Below, in pieces: positions 1 through 8,111 of a DNA stretch of 33,863 bases. Numbering within the stretch: position 1 is the first letter of the stretch; each line of letters opens with the position of its first letter. The translations under genes were made by a program, and so were the position numbers. Source of the stretch: Gaiellales bacterium (lineage in GTDB: Bacteria > Actinomycetota > Thermoleophilia > Gaiellales > JAICJC01); NCBI GenBank assembly GCA_050698235.1, contig JBOHBE010000202.1:1-33863 (forward strand), in the 5' to 3' direction. Below the pieces are notes generated by a model. That model was not told the DNA's origin and ran no database searches. It saw nothing but the letters and a program-made list of their open reading frames with translations.

Positions 1-404
1 CACGACCTGTGGCGCGGGATCCTGAACCAGTGGCCGTCGTACCTCGGCTATGTGACGAGCTTCCTCACGATCGGCGGCATCTGGCCCACCACGGCCTGTT
101 CCGCAGGATGCGGTATGCGGACCAGAACGTCATGCGCCTCAACATCCTGCTCCTGATGGTCGTCTCGTTCCCGCCGTTCCCGACCCGGCTCGTCGCCGAG
201 GCTGTCCGCGACGCTCACGCCGAGCGGCCGGCGGTCATGCTCTACGGCTTCACGCTGCTCGCGACGCCGAAGATCGGCTTCTACGTCACCGCGACGGCCC
301 TCGCGTGGCTGGTGCCGACCGTGACCGTGGTGCTCTACCTCATGATCGGCGCCAGCCTCGTTCTTCGGGCTCCCGGCGAGGAGCGGTCCACGGCGGTCGC
401 ATAG
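1..404 (+). pseudogene. TMEM175/DUF1211-type K+ channel family gene, 5'-truncated by the window edge and apparently frameshifted at nt 85-87
   Basis: Frame 1 (nt 1-84) reads HDLWRGILNQWPSYLGYVTSFLTIGGIW, then runs to TGA at 154-156. Frame 3 continues from nt 87 with HHGLFRRMRYADQNVMRLNILLLMVVSFPPFPTRLVAEA and ends at TAG 402-404. Joined, the two reproduce the family signature SFxxIGxxW-x-HHxLF...LNxLLLxxVSFxPFPT. One extra C in the CCC run at 85-87 would restore the frame. Confidence 0.55.
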
Positions 405-525
405 CCAGCGCCTGAGGTCGCGGGCGCTATGGTGCGCGCCTCAAGCCCAGCCAGGGTGCCTGCCTCCTTGACGTCGGCCCGGTCGTGGTCGAGGCTCCCT
501 GGCCCGGTGCCGGAGGCGCATCCTC

Positions 526-1536
526 GTGGCTGAGCTCGACATCCTCACAGATCTCGGTGGCTGGTTCGGAGCCGTCTGGGACCAGATCACCTCCGTCGAC
601 ATCCAGTACCTGATCCTGGGGTGCCTGCTCCAGTCCGTGCAGACCACGCTCAACGGCCTCGCCTGGCGAAACATCCTCGCCGAGTCGTACGGGAGCGACA
701 GGGTACCCGTACGGCCGATCCTCGCGTCGTACGCCGGCGGCATCGGCCTGAACTCGTTCCTGCCGGCCCAGGCCGGGACGTTTGCCTACTTCGGCATGTT
801 CCGCGTGATCATCACGGGATCTGCGTTCGCCGGGATCCTGGCCGCCGGGGTCGTCCAGAACGTCTTCTTCGGCGTGATCGGCACGCTGAACTACGTGTTC
901 CTCTTCCTCACGCGCGACGGCTCGCTCTCGAGATCCGAGGACCAGGCCACGCGCGACAACGGGCCCAAGATCGTGTTCCTGATCCTCGCCGGGCTCCTGA
1001 TTCTCTTCGTGCTCCGGTTCCTGTGGAAGCGCTACCGGCAGACGTGGGAGGACGCCAAGGAGGGCGCCGTGATCCTGCGCCGGCCGAGGCGCTACGTCAC
1101 ACGGGTGCTGTCGGTGCAGGTCGCGTCGTACATAGCACGCATCGGCGTGAACGCGAACTTCATGTTCGCCTTCGGCATCCCGGTGACGATTCGGAACATC
1201 TTCCTGATCATCGCCGCCAACTCGATCTCGTCGACGTTCGCCGTCACGCCGGGCGGCGTCGGGACCCAGCAGGCGATGGCGTCCTTCGCGCTGCGAGACG
1301 TGGCTCCGGCTTCGACCGTGACCGCCTACTCGCTGTCGCAGCAGATGATCTGCATGGCGTGGAACATCACCTTCGGGCTCGTGTTCATGGCGTCGACGTT
1401 CGGCTGGTCTGCGACGAAGGACATGGTCCGCGAGTCGCGTCAGGGATCGAAGGAGAAGCGATCGCTGAGCGACCTCGAGAAGCAGGATGAGGTCGACGCC
1501 GGCGAGGTGGACGCCGGCGAGGTGTCCGGGGGCTGA
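526..1536 (+). CDS. Polytopic membrane protein, UPF0104 / lysylphosphatidylglycerol-synthase-TM-like (flippase-like) family
   Basis: GTG start at 526, 336 aa, with an in-frame stop upstream at 469-471. It has several hydrophobic spans. Segments LNSFLPAQAGTFAYF and FAVTPGGVGTQQA resemble the two conserved loops of this family. GC3 is high. The C-tail is acidic and carries a tandem repeat. Confidence 0.7.
   Translation: MAELDILTDLGGWFGAVWDQITSVDIQYLILGCLLQSVQTTLNGLAWRNILAESYGSDRVPVRPILASYAGGIGLNSFLPAQAGTFAYFGMFRVIITGSAFAGILAAGVVQNVFFGVIGTLNYVFLFLTRDGSLSRSEDQATRDNGPKIVFLILAGLLILFVLRFLWKRYRQTWEDAKEGAVILRRPRRYVTRVLSVQVASYIARIGVNANFMFAFGIPVTIRNIFLIIAANSISSTFAVTPGGVGTQQAMASFALRDVAPASTVTAYSLSQQMICMAWNITFGLVFMASTFGWSATKDMVRESRQGSKEKRSLSDLEKQDEVDAGEVDAGEVSGG
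1489..1524 (+). repeat. 15-nt tandem repeat (gaggtSgacgccggc x2 plus a partial third copy) encoding EVDAG-EVDAG-EV at the C-terminus of the 526-1536 gene
   Basis: Direct reading: 1489-1503 is gaggtcgacgccggc, 1504-1518 is gaggtggacgccggc, and 1519-1524 is gaggtg. Confidence 0.9.
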
Positions 1537-1538
1537 CC

Positions 1539-2276
1539 TCAGAGGTCGATCGAGCCGCCCGGCGGGAGCACGATCACGTCGACGTCCGGGGCCAGGCTGG
1601 CAGCATGACGCGCGAACTCGTGCGCCGCCTCATCGTGCATCGATCGCGACCGGCCGGGGAGTATCGGGGCGAGCGTCCCCCAGTGGATCGGCACGACCAC
1701 CTTGGGGGCGAGCAGCTCGAGGGCCCGGGCGGCTCCGAGCGGGTCGAGGTGGCCCGGCGGGAGTCGCGCCCCCCAGCCCGAGACCGGCAGGAGCGCGACG
1801 TCGATTCCGGTGCGCCCGATGTCGGCCATGCCGTCGAAGAGGTCGGTGTCGCCGGCGAAGTAGAGCGAGAGGCCCCCGTCGATGCGGTACCCCAGCGCCG
1901 GGGTCGTCGCACCCCCGAACGGGAGGCGGCGGCCGTCGTGCTCGGCATGCGTGGCGGTCACGTGCAGCATCCCGACGTCGACCTCGTCGCCGGCCTCGAC
2001 CTCGACGACGCGGCCGGATCCCCGGACGAGCCTCGCGGCCCCGCGCGGCACGACCACCTGCGGCTGCCCGCCGAGGAGCGCGAGCGAGGGCCTGTCCAGA
2101 TGATCCATGTGAGCGTGCGAGATGAGCACGCCGTCGACCTCGCCCACGGAGCCGGGCTCGACCGGGTCGCGCCGATGGAGATGCGCGACGCGCGTCCGCA
2201 GCACGGGGTCGGTGATGACCCGCGTCCCGTCCATGACGATCAGGACCGTGGAATGCCCGACGTACGTGAGACGCAC
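1539..2276 (-). CDS. MBL-fold metallo-hydrolase
   Basis: GTG start at 2276, 245 aa. The HxHxDH metal motif is present as ISHAHMDHLD. The beta-lactamase-fold layout is typical (MRLTYVGHSTVLI...DPV...GDTD...H). It is convergent with the upstream gene, with only 2 nt between stops. Confidence 0.9.
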   Translation of the reverse strand: MRLTYVGHSTVLIVMDGTRVITDPVLRTRVAHLHRRDPVEPGSVGEVDGVLISHAHMDHLDRPSLALLGGQPQVVVPRGAARLVRGSGRVVEVEAGDEVDVGMLHVTATHAEHDGRRLPFGGATTPALGYRIDGGLSLYFAGDTDLFDGMADIGRTGIDVALLPVSGWGARLPPGHLDPLGAARALELLAPKVVVPIHWGTLAPILPGRSRSMHDEAAHEFARHAASLAPDVDVIVLPPGGSIDL

Positions 2277-2310
2277 GGCCGCCAGCCTACAGACCCGGGC
2301 GCCGCGGCCG

Positions 2311-2964
2311 CTATCCGGCCTTCGGCAGCGAACCGTGCTCGTACGTCACGGCCGGGTACAGGATGTCAGCCGTCGCCCACGGGAGCTGCCCACCGATCGG
2401 CTGGCCGGGCGACTTGACCGGGTAGTAGCGCACCTGGCCCTTCTCGATGAGGACGCTCCACCGTTGCGTGATCCACAGGTTGCCGTCGGCGCGGATCTCC
2501 CATTGGAACCGGTCGAGAGGCCGCACGGCGGGGCCGGCGATCCGGGCGCCCTGCTGGTCGAACTGGCTCCCGTGGCACGGGCACCCGAATCCGACGCCGG
2601 TCGCCTGGGCGGGGCAGCCGACGTGGGTGCAGCGGTTCGAGAAGACGACGAACATCGCGTCGGGCGCGAGCCAGTCGTGGTTCTTGTGACCCGTGTGGTG
2701 GACGTAGGCGAGGCCGCTCGACACGAGCGGCTGGGTGAGATCCTCGACGTAGTCAGCGGCGGTCGGAGTGAACCCCGACTCCGAGGTGAACCGGCTGACG
2801 GGGCCGAGAGGCGCGGGCCGGAACGTCGTCTCCTGCCCGCCGGATGCGAGGGCGTATCCGGCGAGGGGGGCGGCGATTACCCCGCCGATCGTTGCGCCGG
2901 CCCCAACCGTGACGAGGCCGAGGAAGCCGCGCCGTGTTCGTCTGTCTGATTGATGGTTGCTCAT
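2311..2964 (-). CDS. Rieske [2Fe-2S] protein with twin-arginine (Tat) signal
   Basis: 217 aa. The N-terminus DRRTRRGFLGLVTVGAGA is a Tat motif followed by a hydrophobic region. Rieske boxes CTHVGCP and CPCHGSQF are encoded on the minus strand at about 2611-2633 and 2566-2583. Confidence 0.92.
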   Translation of the reverse strand: MSNHQSDRRTRRGFLGLVTVGAGATIGGVIAAPLAGYALASGGQETTFRPAPLGPVSRFTSESGFTPTAADYVEDLTQPLVSSGLAYVHHTGHKNHDWLAPDAMFVVFSNRCTHVGCPAQATGVGFGCPCHGSQFDQQGARIAGPAVRPLDRFQWEIRADGNLWITQRWSVLIEKGQVRYYPVKSPGQPIGGQLPWATADILYPAVTYEHGSLPKAG

Positions 2965-3059
2965 GTGGGTGTCCTTTCAAATGTGTGCCACCGCCGGTAC
3001 CGGTGCCGCGCGCGAGCGGTTTGCCCTGGCGGTTCCGTTCCCAATGTGACGCCAACACG

Positions 3060-3068
3060 TGGGATACT
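3060..3068 (+). promoter_or_regulatory. Candidate extended -10 element (TGgGATACT) for a leaderless transcript of the cyclase-family gene
   Basis: TG at 3060-3061 and the hexamer GATACT at 3063-3068 are followed by 7 nt and then ATG 3076. There is no Shine-Dalgarno sequence in between, and I found no convincing -35. Confidence 0.3.
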
Positions 3069-3075
3069 CGGCTCG

Positions 3076-4002
3076 ATGCGGAGGTGGGCTCCCGTCCTGG
3101 CGGTGCTGGCCGCGGTTGCGGCCGGCGCAACGGCGCTCGCCGCCGGACGCCTGATGCCCCAGCAGAGCCCGGCCGCTGCGCGGCTCGCCTCGCCGAGCGC
3201 AGCGCGCGCGGCTCGACTGGCCGAGCGGACGGGGATCGCGGCGGCGTACTGGGCGGTCGATCCACGGACGGCAAGGGCGGTGCGCCTCGGCCAGCCACTC
3301 ACGACACGCGCGCCGATCTTCCCCGGCGACCCGCCCTTCCACTGGCGGGTCTGGACGACGGTGCCGAAGTCGGGCTACCTGCTCGAGCAGATCACGTCGC
3401 TCGGCACGCACACCGGGACGCACATCTCGGCGCCGTGCCACTTCCACGTGGGCGCCCCGTGCCTCGTCCGCCTCCCGGAGAAGTTCTTCACCCCGCGGCC
3501 GCTGGTCGTCTTGGATCTCCGCGCCGCCATCAGGCGGCGGAACGGTCACGGCGACTTCTTCGTCGGGATCTCCGACCTGCGGCGCTTCGAGGCCGAGCAC
3601 GGGCGCATCGCGCCCGGCTCCTACGTGGTGCTCTACACGGGGCTCTCGCGCTTCTACCACCTCGGGAACGCCCGCCGCCCGGGCCCCTACAACGACTACT
3701 TCGACGACGTTCCCGGCTTCTCGGGCGCCGCGGTCGACTGGCTCTTCGATCAGCGGCACATCCTCGGCGTCGGCGCCGATACCTTCGGACCGGACGCGAC
3801 GTTCGACGCCAACTTCGCCGCGACGACCGAGGCGACCGGGCGCGGCGGGATCACCCTCGAGAACCTGGGCGCGGGCCTCGGGTCGATGCGGGCCTTCGGC
3901 GACTGGATCGAGGTGAACGGCCCCCGCTTCCAGGCCCGGGACGGGCGGCCCGGGTTCAGCGGCGCGCAGATGGGGATGACCGGCTTCACCGTCTGGCGGT
4001 AG
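3076..4002 (+). CDS. Cyclase-family protein (kynurenine-formamidase-like metal hydrolase fold) with N-terminal signal peptide
   Basis: The family motif HxGTHxDAPxH appears as HTGTHISAPCHF (nt 3409-3444), preceded by PIFPGDPPF. I chose ATG 3076 (MRRWAPVLAVLAAVAAGATALAAG) because the longer ORF from 2950 overlaps the Rieske gene's 5' end and encodes Cys/Arg-rich junk. Confidence 0.85.
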   Translation: MRRWAPVLAVLAAVAAGATALAAGRLMPQQSPAAARLASPSAARAARLAERTGIAAAYWAVDPRTARAVRLGQPLTTRAPIFPGDPPFHWRVWTTVPKSGYLLEQITSLGTHTGTHISAPCHFHVGAPCLVRLPEKFFTPRPLVVLDLRAAIRRRNGHGDFFVGISDLRRFEAEHGRIAPGSYVVLYTGLSRFYHLGNARRPGPYNDYFDDVPGFSGAAVDWLFDQRHILGVGADTFGPDATFDANFAATTEATGRGGITLENLGAGLGSMRAFGDWIEVNGPRFQARDGRPGFSGAQMGMTGFTVWR

Positions 4003-4034
4003 CTCCCGCGGCGGGTCCGTAGACTGATCGGCCA

Positions 4035-7000
4035 ATGGCGGTCTGCCCACAGTGCGGTCAGGAGAACCCGGAGGGCTTCCGGTTCTGCGGGAGCTGCGGC
4101 TCGGCCATGGCCGCGGTCGCCACGAGCGAGGAGCGCAAGGTCGTCACCGTCCTCTTCGCTGACCTCGTCGGGTTCACGGGCCGGAGCGAGGGCATGGACG
4201 TCGAGGACGTCCGCGGCACCCTGGCGCCGTACCACGCGCTCCTGCGCGACCAGCTCGAGCACTACGGGGGCACGGTCGAGAAGTTCATCGGCGACGCCGT
4301 GATGGCGCTCTTCGGGGCCCCGGTGACCCACGAGGACGATCCCGAGCGCGCGGTCCGTGCGGCGCTCTCGATCCGGGCTGCCATCGACCGGCTGAACGAG
4401 CAGGAGCCGGGCCTCGACCTCCACGTGCGCGTTGGCGTGAACACGGGCGAGGCCCTGGTCGTCCTCGGCGCCGATGCCGCGCGCGGAGAGGGAGTGGCGT
4501 CCGGCGACGTCGTCAACACGGCCGCGCGCCTCCAGTCCGCTGCCCCCGTCGACGGCATCCTCGTCGGCGAGACGACGTACCACGCGACGGATCGCGCCAT
4601 CACCTACCGGCAGGTCGAGCCGGTCGTCGCCAAGGGCAAGGCCCGGCCGGTCCCGGCGTGGGAGGCGGTCGAGGCCCGCGCCCGGTTCGGCGTCGACGTC
4701 GTGCAGCGGCCAACGACGCCGCTCGTCGGCCGCGGGGCCGAGGTCGACCTGCTCCTCGACGCCCTCCGCCGGTGCGGGGCCGAGCGGACGGTGCAGCTGG
4801 TCACCCTCGTCGGCGTGCCGGGCATCGGCAAGAGCCGGCTGGTGTGGGAACTCTTCGAGGCGGTCGAGCGCGAGCCGGACTTCGTCACGTGGCGCCAGGG
4901 CCGGTCGCTGCCCTACGGTGACGGAGTCACCTACTGGGCGCTGGGCGAGATGATCACCGCCCAGTCCGGCATCCTCGACTCCGACACGGCCGACGAGGCG
5001 AAGGCCAAGCTCAGAGCGACCGTGACGGACCTGATCGGCGACGAGGCGGAGGCCGCCTGGGTCGAAGAGCACCTGCGGGCGCTGGCGGGCCTCGAGGCCG
5101 ACGGCCCCTCGAGCGGCGACCGCCATAGCGAAGCGGCGTCGGCCTGGCGGCGCTTTCTCGAGGCGCTGGCCGAGCGCAACCCGCTCGTGCTCGTGTTCGA
5201 GGATCTCCACTGGGCGGACGACGCGCTGCTCGACTTCGTCGACCACCTCGTCGACCGGGCGGGCGGCGTCCCGATGCTCGTGGTCTGCACTGCCCGCCCG
5301 GAGCTGCTCGATCGCCGCGGCGGATGGGGCGGGGGCAAGCGCAACGCGCTCACGATCGCCCTCTCGCCGCTCGCCGACGACGATGTCGCGCGCATGATCG
5401 CCGGCCTGCTGGAGCAGGCCGCGCTGCCGGCCGAGACGCAGGCCATGCTCCTCGCGACGGCGCAGGGAAACCCGCTCTACGCCGAGGAGTACGTCCGGAT
5501 GCTCATCGACCGCGGGCATCTGCGCCAGGACGCCGGCCGGTGGCGGCTCACGGCCGAAGGAGAGCTGCCCGTCCCCGAGTCGGTGCACGGGCTCATCGCC
5601 GCCCGGCTCGACGACCTGCCGGCCGATCAGAAGCAGCTGCTCCAGGACGCTGCGGTGGTGGGCAAGGTCGTGTGGCTCGGCGCGCTTCTGTCGATGGGCG
5701 GCACCGACCGGTTCGAGTTGGAAGAGCGGCTCCACGGGCTCGAGCGCCGCGAGATGCTTAGGCGCGAGCGCCGCTCGTCGGTGGGCGGCGAGGTCGAGTA
5801 CGCCTTCAGGCATGTCCTCGTGCGCGATGTCGCCTACGGCCAGATCCCGCGGGCCCAGCGGGCCGACAAGCACCGGCGCGCGGCGGAATGGATCGAGTCG
5901 GTGTCCGCTGACCGCGAGAACGCTCCGGACATGCTGGCCCACCACTACTCACAGGCGCTCGAGTACGCCCGCGACTCGGGTCAGGCCACCGGCGATCTCG
6001 AGCGGCGGACGCGCCTGGCCTTCCGCGACGCGGCCGAGCGCGCGGCGGCGCTGAACTCGTTCGACGCCGCCTCGAGCCACTACCACGCAGCGCTCGACCT
6101 GTGGCCGGAGGACGACCCGGACTGGCCGATGCTGGTCGTCGAGACCGCGGACATCAGCCTGAGCATCGACCCCATCCGGATGACGGAGCTCCTCAGCCGT
6201 GCGGCGGAGCGGCTGGCGGCGGTCGGCGACTATGCCGGCGCTGCAAAGGCCGAGATGCTGGTCGGGTTCCGGCACTGGAACGAGGCCCGCACCGACGAGG
6301 CGATGGCGGCGCGCGCCAGGGCGCGCGAGCTTGTCGACCGTGCCGAGCCGTCACCGACGGTCGCGCTCGTGATGAGCCGGCTCGCCATCAACTCGATGCT
6401 CCAGGGCGAGTACCAGGAGACTCTTGACCTGTGCGAGCGTGCAGCCGTCGTGGCCGAGCGGTTCGGCCTCGAGGAGATCCGCGGTCACGTGCTGAACACC
6501 AAGGGCGTGACCCGCGTGAACCACGGCGATCTCGGCGGGATCGCCGATGCGGAGGAGAGCATCGCCATCGCCGAGCGCCTGAACTCGGCCGAGGCGCTGA
6601 TCCGCGGATACAAGAACTTCGGCAGCAGCCTGATGGAGCTGGGTGACCTGCCCCGTGCGACCGAGCTCGAGCAGCGCGGCCTCGAGGTGGCGCGCCGGTT
6701 CGGCCTCGACTTCCAGGTGATGTGGTTCGAGACAGAGCTCGGCATCCTCGCGTACTGGTCCGGCGACTGGGACGCTTCCGACCGGGCGTTCGGCCGCCTC
6801 CAGGAGTGGGTGGGCTCGGTCGGGCCGCACTACATGGAGGCCGCCTCTCAGGCCACCCGGGCGAAGCTCCGCGCGGCGCGCGGCGATCAGGCCGGCGCCG
6901 CGCAGGACATCGAGGACGCGCTCGGCTTCGCCCGCCGCTCGCTCGACCTCCAGTCGCTCCTCCCGACGCTTGCCGACGCCGCGCTCATCGTCGCGTCGAC

Positions 7001-7412
7001 GGGTGCAAACGACGCCCCGCGGCGCGTGTCAGAGCTGTTCGACGAGGCCGTCGGGGCCCTTGCGATCAACGTCAGTGGCGCGTTCTGCCTCGTCGAGTTC
7101 GCCCTCGCCCTCGCCCTGACCGATCAGCCCGAGCGGTTCGCCGCTGTATCGACCGAGGGCGCCTGGCGCTGGCTCGCTGCGGCCCGGCTGATCGCGGCCG
7201 GGCGCTACGCCGAGGCCGCCGACGAGCTGGCTGCGACCGGCGCCCGCCCGGAGGAGGCGCTCGCCAGGCTCCTGGCGGCGCGCATGCTGATCGGCCGCGG
7301 CGACCGGCCCGGCGGCGAGGCCGAGCTCCACCGCGCCGTCGGCTTCTGGAGGTCCGTCGGCGCGGCCCGGCACCTCGAGATGGCCGAGGCGATGCTCGCG
7401 AAGAGCGCCTGA
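4035..7412 (+). CDS. Multidomain signalling protein: zinc-ribbon, class III adenylate/guanylate cyclase domain, AAA_16/STAND P-loop NTPase and TPR-like helical repeats
   Basis: 1125 aa. The zinc-ribbon is CPQCGQENPEGFRFCGSCG. The cyclase core reads VTVLFADLVGFT...EKFIGDAVMALFGAP...VRVGVNTGEA...GDVVNTAARL, with metal Asp codons at 4161-4163 and 4293-4295. The Walker A motif GVPGIGKS lies at 4812-4835. The C-terminal half is long, helical and Ala/Leu/Glu-rich. No LuxR-type HTH is recognisable at the end. Confidence 0.92.
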   Translation: MAVCPQCGQENPEGFRFCGSCGSAMAAVATSEERKVVTVLFADLVGFTGRSEGMDVEDVRGTLAPYHALLRDQLEHYGGTVEKFIGDAVMALFGAPVTHEDDPERAVRAALSIRAAIDRLNEQEPGLDLHVRVGVNTGEALVVLGADAARGEGVASGDVVNTAARLQSAAPVDGILVGETTYHATDRAITYRQVEPVVAKGKARPVPAWEAVEARARFGVDVVQRPTTPLVGRGAEVDLLLDALRRCGAERTVQLVTLVGVPGIGKSRLVWELFEAVEREPDFVTWRQGRSLPYGDGVTYWALGEMITAQSGILDSDTADEAKAKLRATVTDLIGDEAEAAWVEEHLRALAGLEADGPSSGDRHSEAASAWRRFLEALAERNPLVLVFEDLHWADDALLDFVDHLVDRAGGVPMLVVCTARPELLDRRGGWGGGKRNALTIALSPLADDDVARMIAGLLEQAALPAETQAMLLATAQGNPLYAEEYVRMLIDRGHLRQDAGRWRLTAEGELPVPESVHGLIAARLDDLPADQKQLLQDAAVVGKVVWLGALLSMGGTDRFELEERLHGLERREMLRRERRSSVGGEVEYAFRHVLVRDVAYGQIPRAQRADKHRRAAEWIESVSADRENAPDMLAHHYSQALEYARDSGQATGDLERRTRLAFRDAAERAAALNSFDAASSHYHAALDLWPEDDPDWPMLVVETADISLSIDPIRMTELLSRAAERLAAVGDYAGAAKAEMLVGFRHWNEARTDEAMAARARARELVDRAEPSPTVALVMSRLAINSMLQGEYQETLDLCERAAVVAERFGLEEIRGHVLNTKGVTRVNHGDLGGIADAEESIAIAERLNSAEALIRGYKNFGSSLMELGDLPRATELEQRGLEVARRFGLDFQVMWFETELGILAYWSGDWDASDRAFGRLQEWVGSVGPHYMEAASQATRAKLRAARGDQAGAAQDIEDALGFARRSLDLQSLLPTLADAALIVASTGANDAPRRVSELFDEAVGALAINVSGAFCLVEFALALALTDQPERFAAVSTEGAWRWLAAARLIAAGRYAEAADELAATGARPEEALARLLAARMLIGRGDRPGGEAELHRAVGFWRSVGAARHLEMAEAMLAKSA

Positions 7413-7450
7413 CCGGGAACACGGAGCGCCGTTTCGGCGTTCTGTGCTCT

Positions 7451-8107
7451 GTGCCCGATGCGAGCGCCCACACCCCGCCCACGACGATCGAGGTCTGGGC
7501 CGACATCGTCTGCTCATGGTGCTACGTCGGCAAGCGTCACCTCGAGGCCGCCCTCCAGGAGTTCCCCGAGGGGAGCGTGGACGTCCGCTGGCGGAGCTTC
7601 GAGCTCGACCCGGCCATCGCCGCGGACGCCGGCTCGGCCGACGAGGAGCTCGCGCGCCGCCGGAGCCTCACCCTCGCCGAGGCGCGGGCGACGCACGAGG
7701 AGACCGAGCGGATGGGCGCCGAGATCGGGATCCAGTTCGACTTCGCGCGTGCGCGGCGGGGCAATACCTTCGACGCGCACCGGGTGCTCCACATGGCCCA
7801 GGCCGAGGGCCGCCAGGCCGACATGATGGATCGGCTCCTCGCGGCCTACTTCAGCGACGGCGAGCCGATCGGCGACCGTGACGCGCTGGCGCGGGTGGCG
7901 GGCGCGGCGGGCCTCGACCCGGCCGCCGTGGGCGCCATGCTCGCGGGCGACGGCTACGCCGCCGACGTCCGGGGCGACGAGCGCGAGGCGGCCGAGCTCG
8001 GCATCAGCGCCGTGCCCTTCTTCGTCGTCGACCGCCGGTTTGGGCTCGCCGGCGCGCACCCGCCCGAGACCCTGCGTCAGGCGATCGAGCAGGCTCGCAG
8101 CACCTAG
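7451..8107 (+). CDS. DsbA-family (FrnE-like) thiol-disulfide oxidoreductase
   Basis: The motif WADIVCSWCYVGK carries a CxxC (TGC at 7511 and TGC at 7520), with AVPFFVVD near the C-terminus. The supplied ORF begins at 6722, but that stretch overlaps the cyclase gene. The first plausible start after its stop is GTG 7451. Confidence 0.85.
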   Translation: MPDASAHTPPTTIEVWADIVCSWCYVGKRHLEAALQEFPEGSVDVRWRSFELDPAIAADAGSADEELARRRSLTLAEARATHEETERMGAEIGIQFDFARARRGNTFDAHRVLHMAQAEGRQADMMDRLLAAYFSDGEPIGDRDALARVAGAAGLDPAAVGAMLAGDGYAADVRGDEREAAELGISAVPFFVVDRRFGLAGAHPPETLRQAIEQARST

Positions 8108-8111
8108 CCCC

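Noticed and set aside
2950-3075. The upstream start (2950) for the cyclase-family gene, giving a 15-nt head-to-head overlap with the Rieske gene.
   Set aside because: The extra 42 residues are Cys/Arg-rich with no signal-peptide logic. ATG 3076 yields a clean signal peptide and sits 7 nt after a -10-like box.
3750-5945. Very long antisense and off-frame ORFs. Examples are 3750-5945 (731 aa), 2977-4050, 9722-10693, 14441-15805, 16418-17566, 19758-21083, 21911-23008, 24994-26931 and 28232-29671.
   Set aside because: Their translations are dominated by Arg, Pro, Gly and Ala runs with no recognisable motifs. Each overlaps a frame that carries clear family signatures and near-saturated GC3. Long spurious ORFs are expected in GC-rich DNA because stop codons are AT-rich.
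4035-7412. Reading the class III cyclase as a Pycsar/CBASS-like antiphage signalling cyclase.
   Set aside because: The cyclase is fused to a STAND ATPase and TPR array, as in known actinobacterial signalling cyclases. No adjacent effector gene (TIR, transmembrane pore, nuclease or phospholipase) is present, and the flanking genes are housekeeping-like.
6722-7450. N-terminal 240-aa extension of the DsbA-like ORF, which would make it a 461-aa protein overlapping the cyclase gene.
   Set aside because: The extension is Arg/Pro/Gly-rich off-frame sequence lying wholly inside the well-supported 4035-7412 gene. The DsbA homology (CSWC) only begins after the cyclase stop, so the start is set at GTG 7451.
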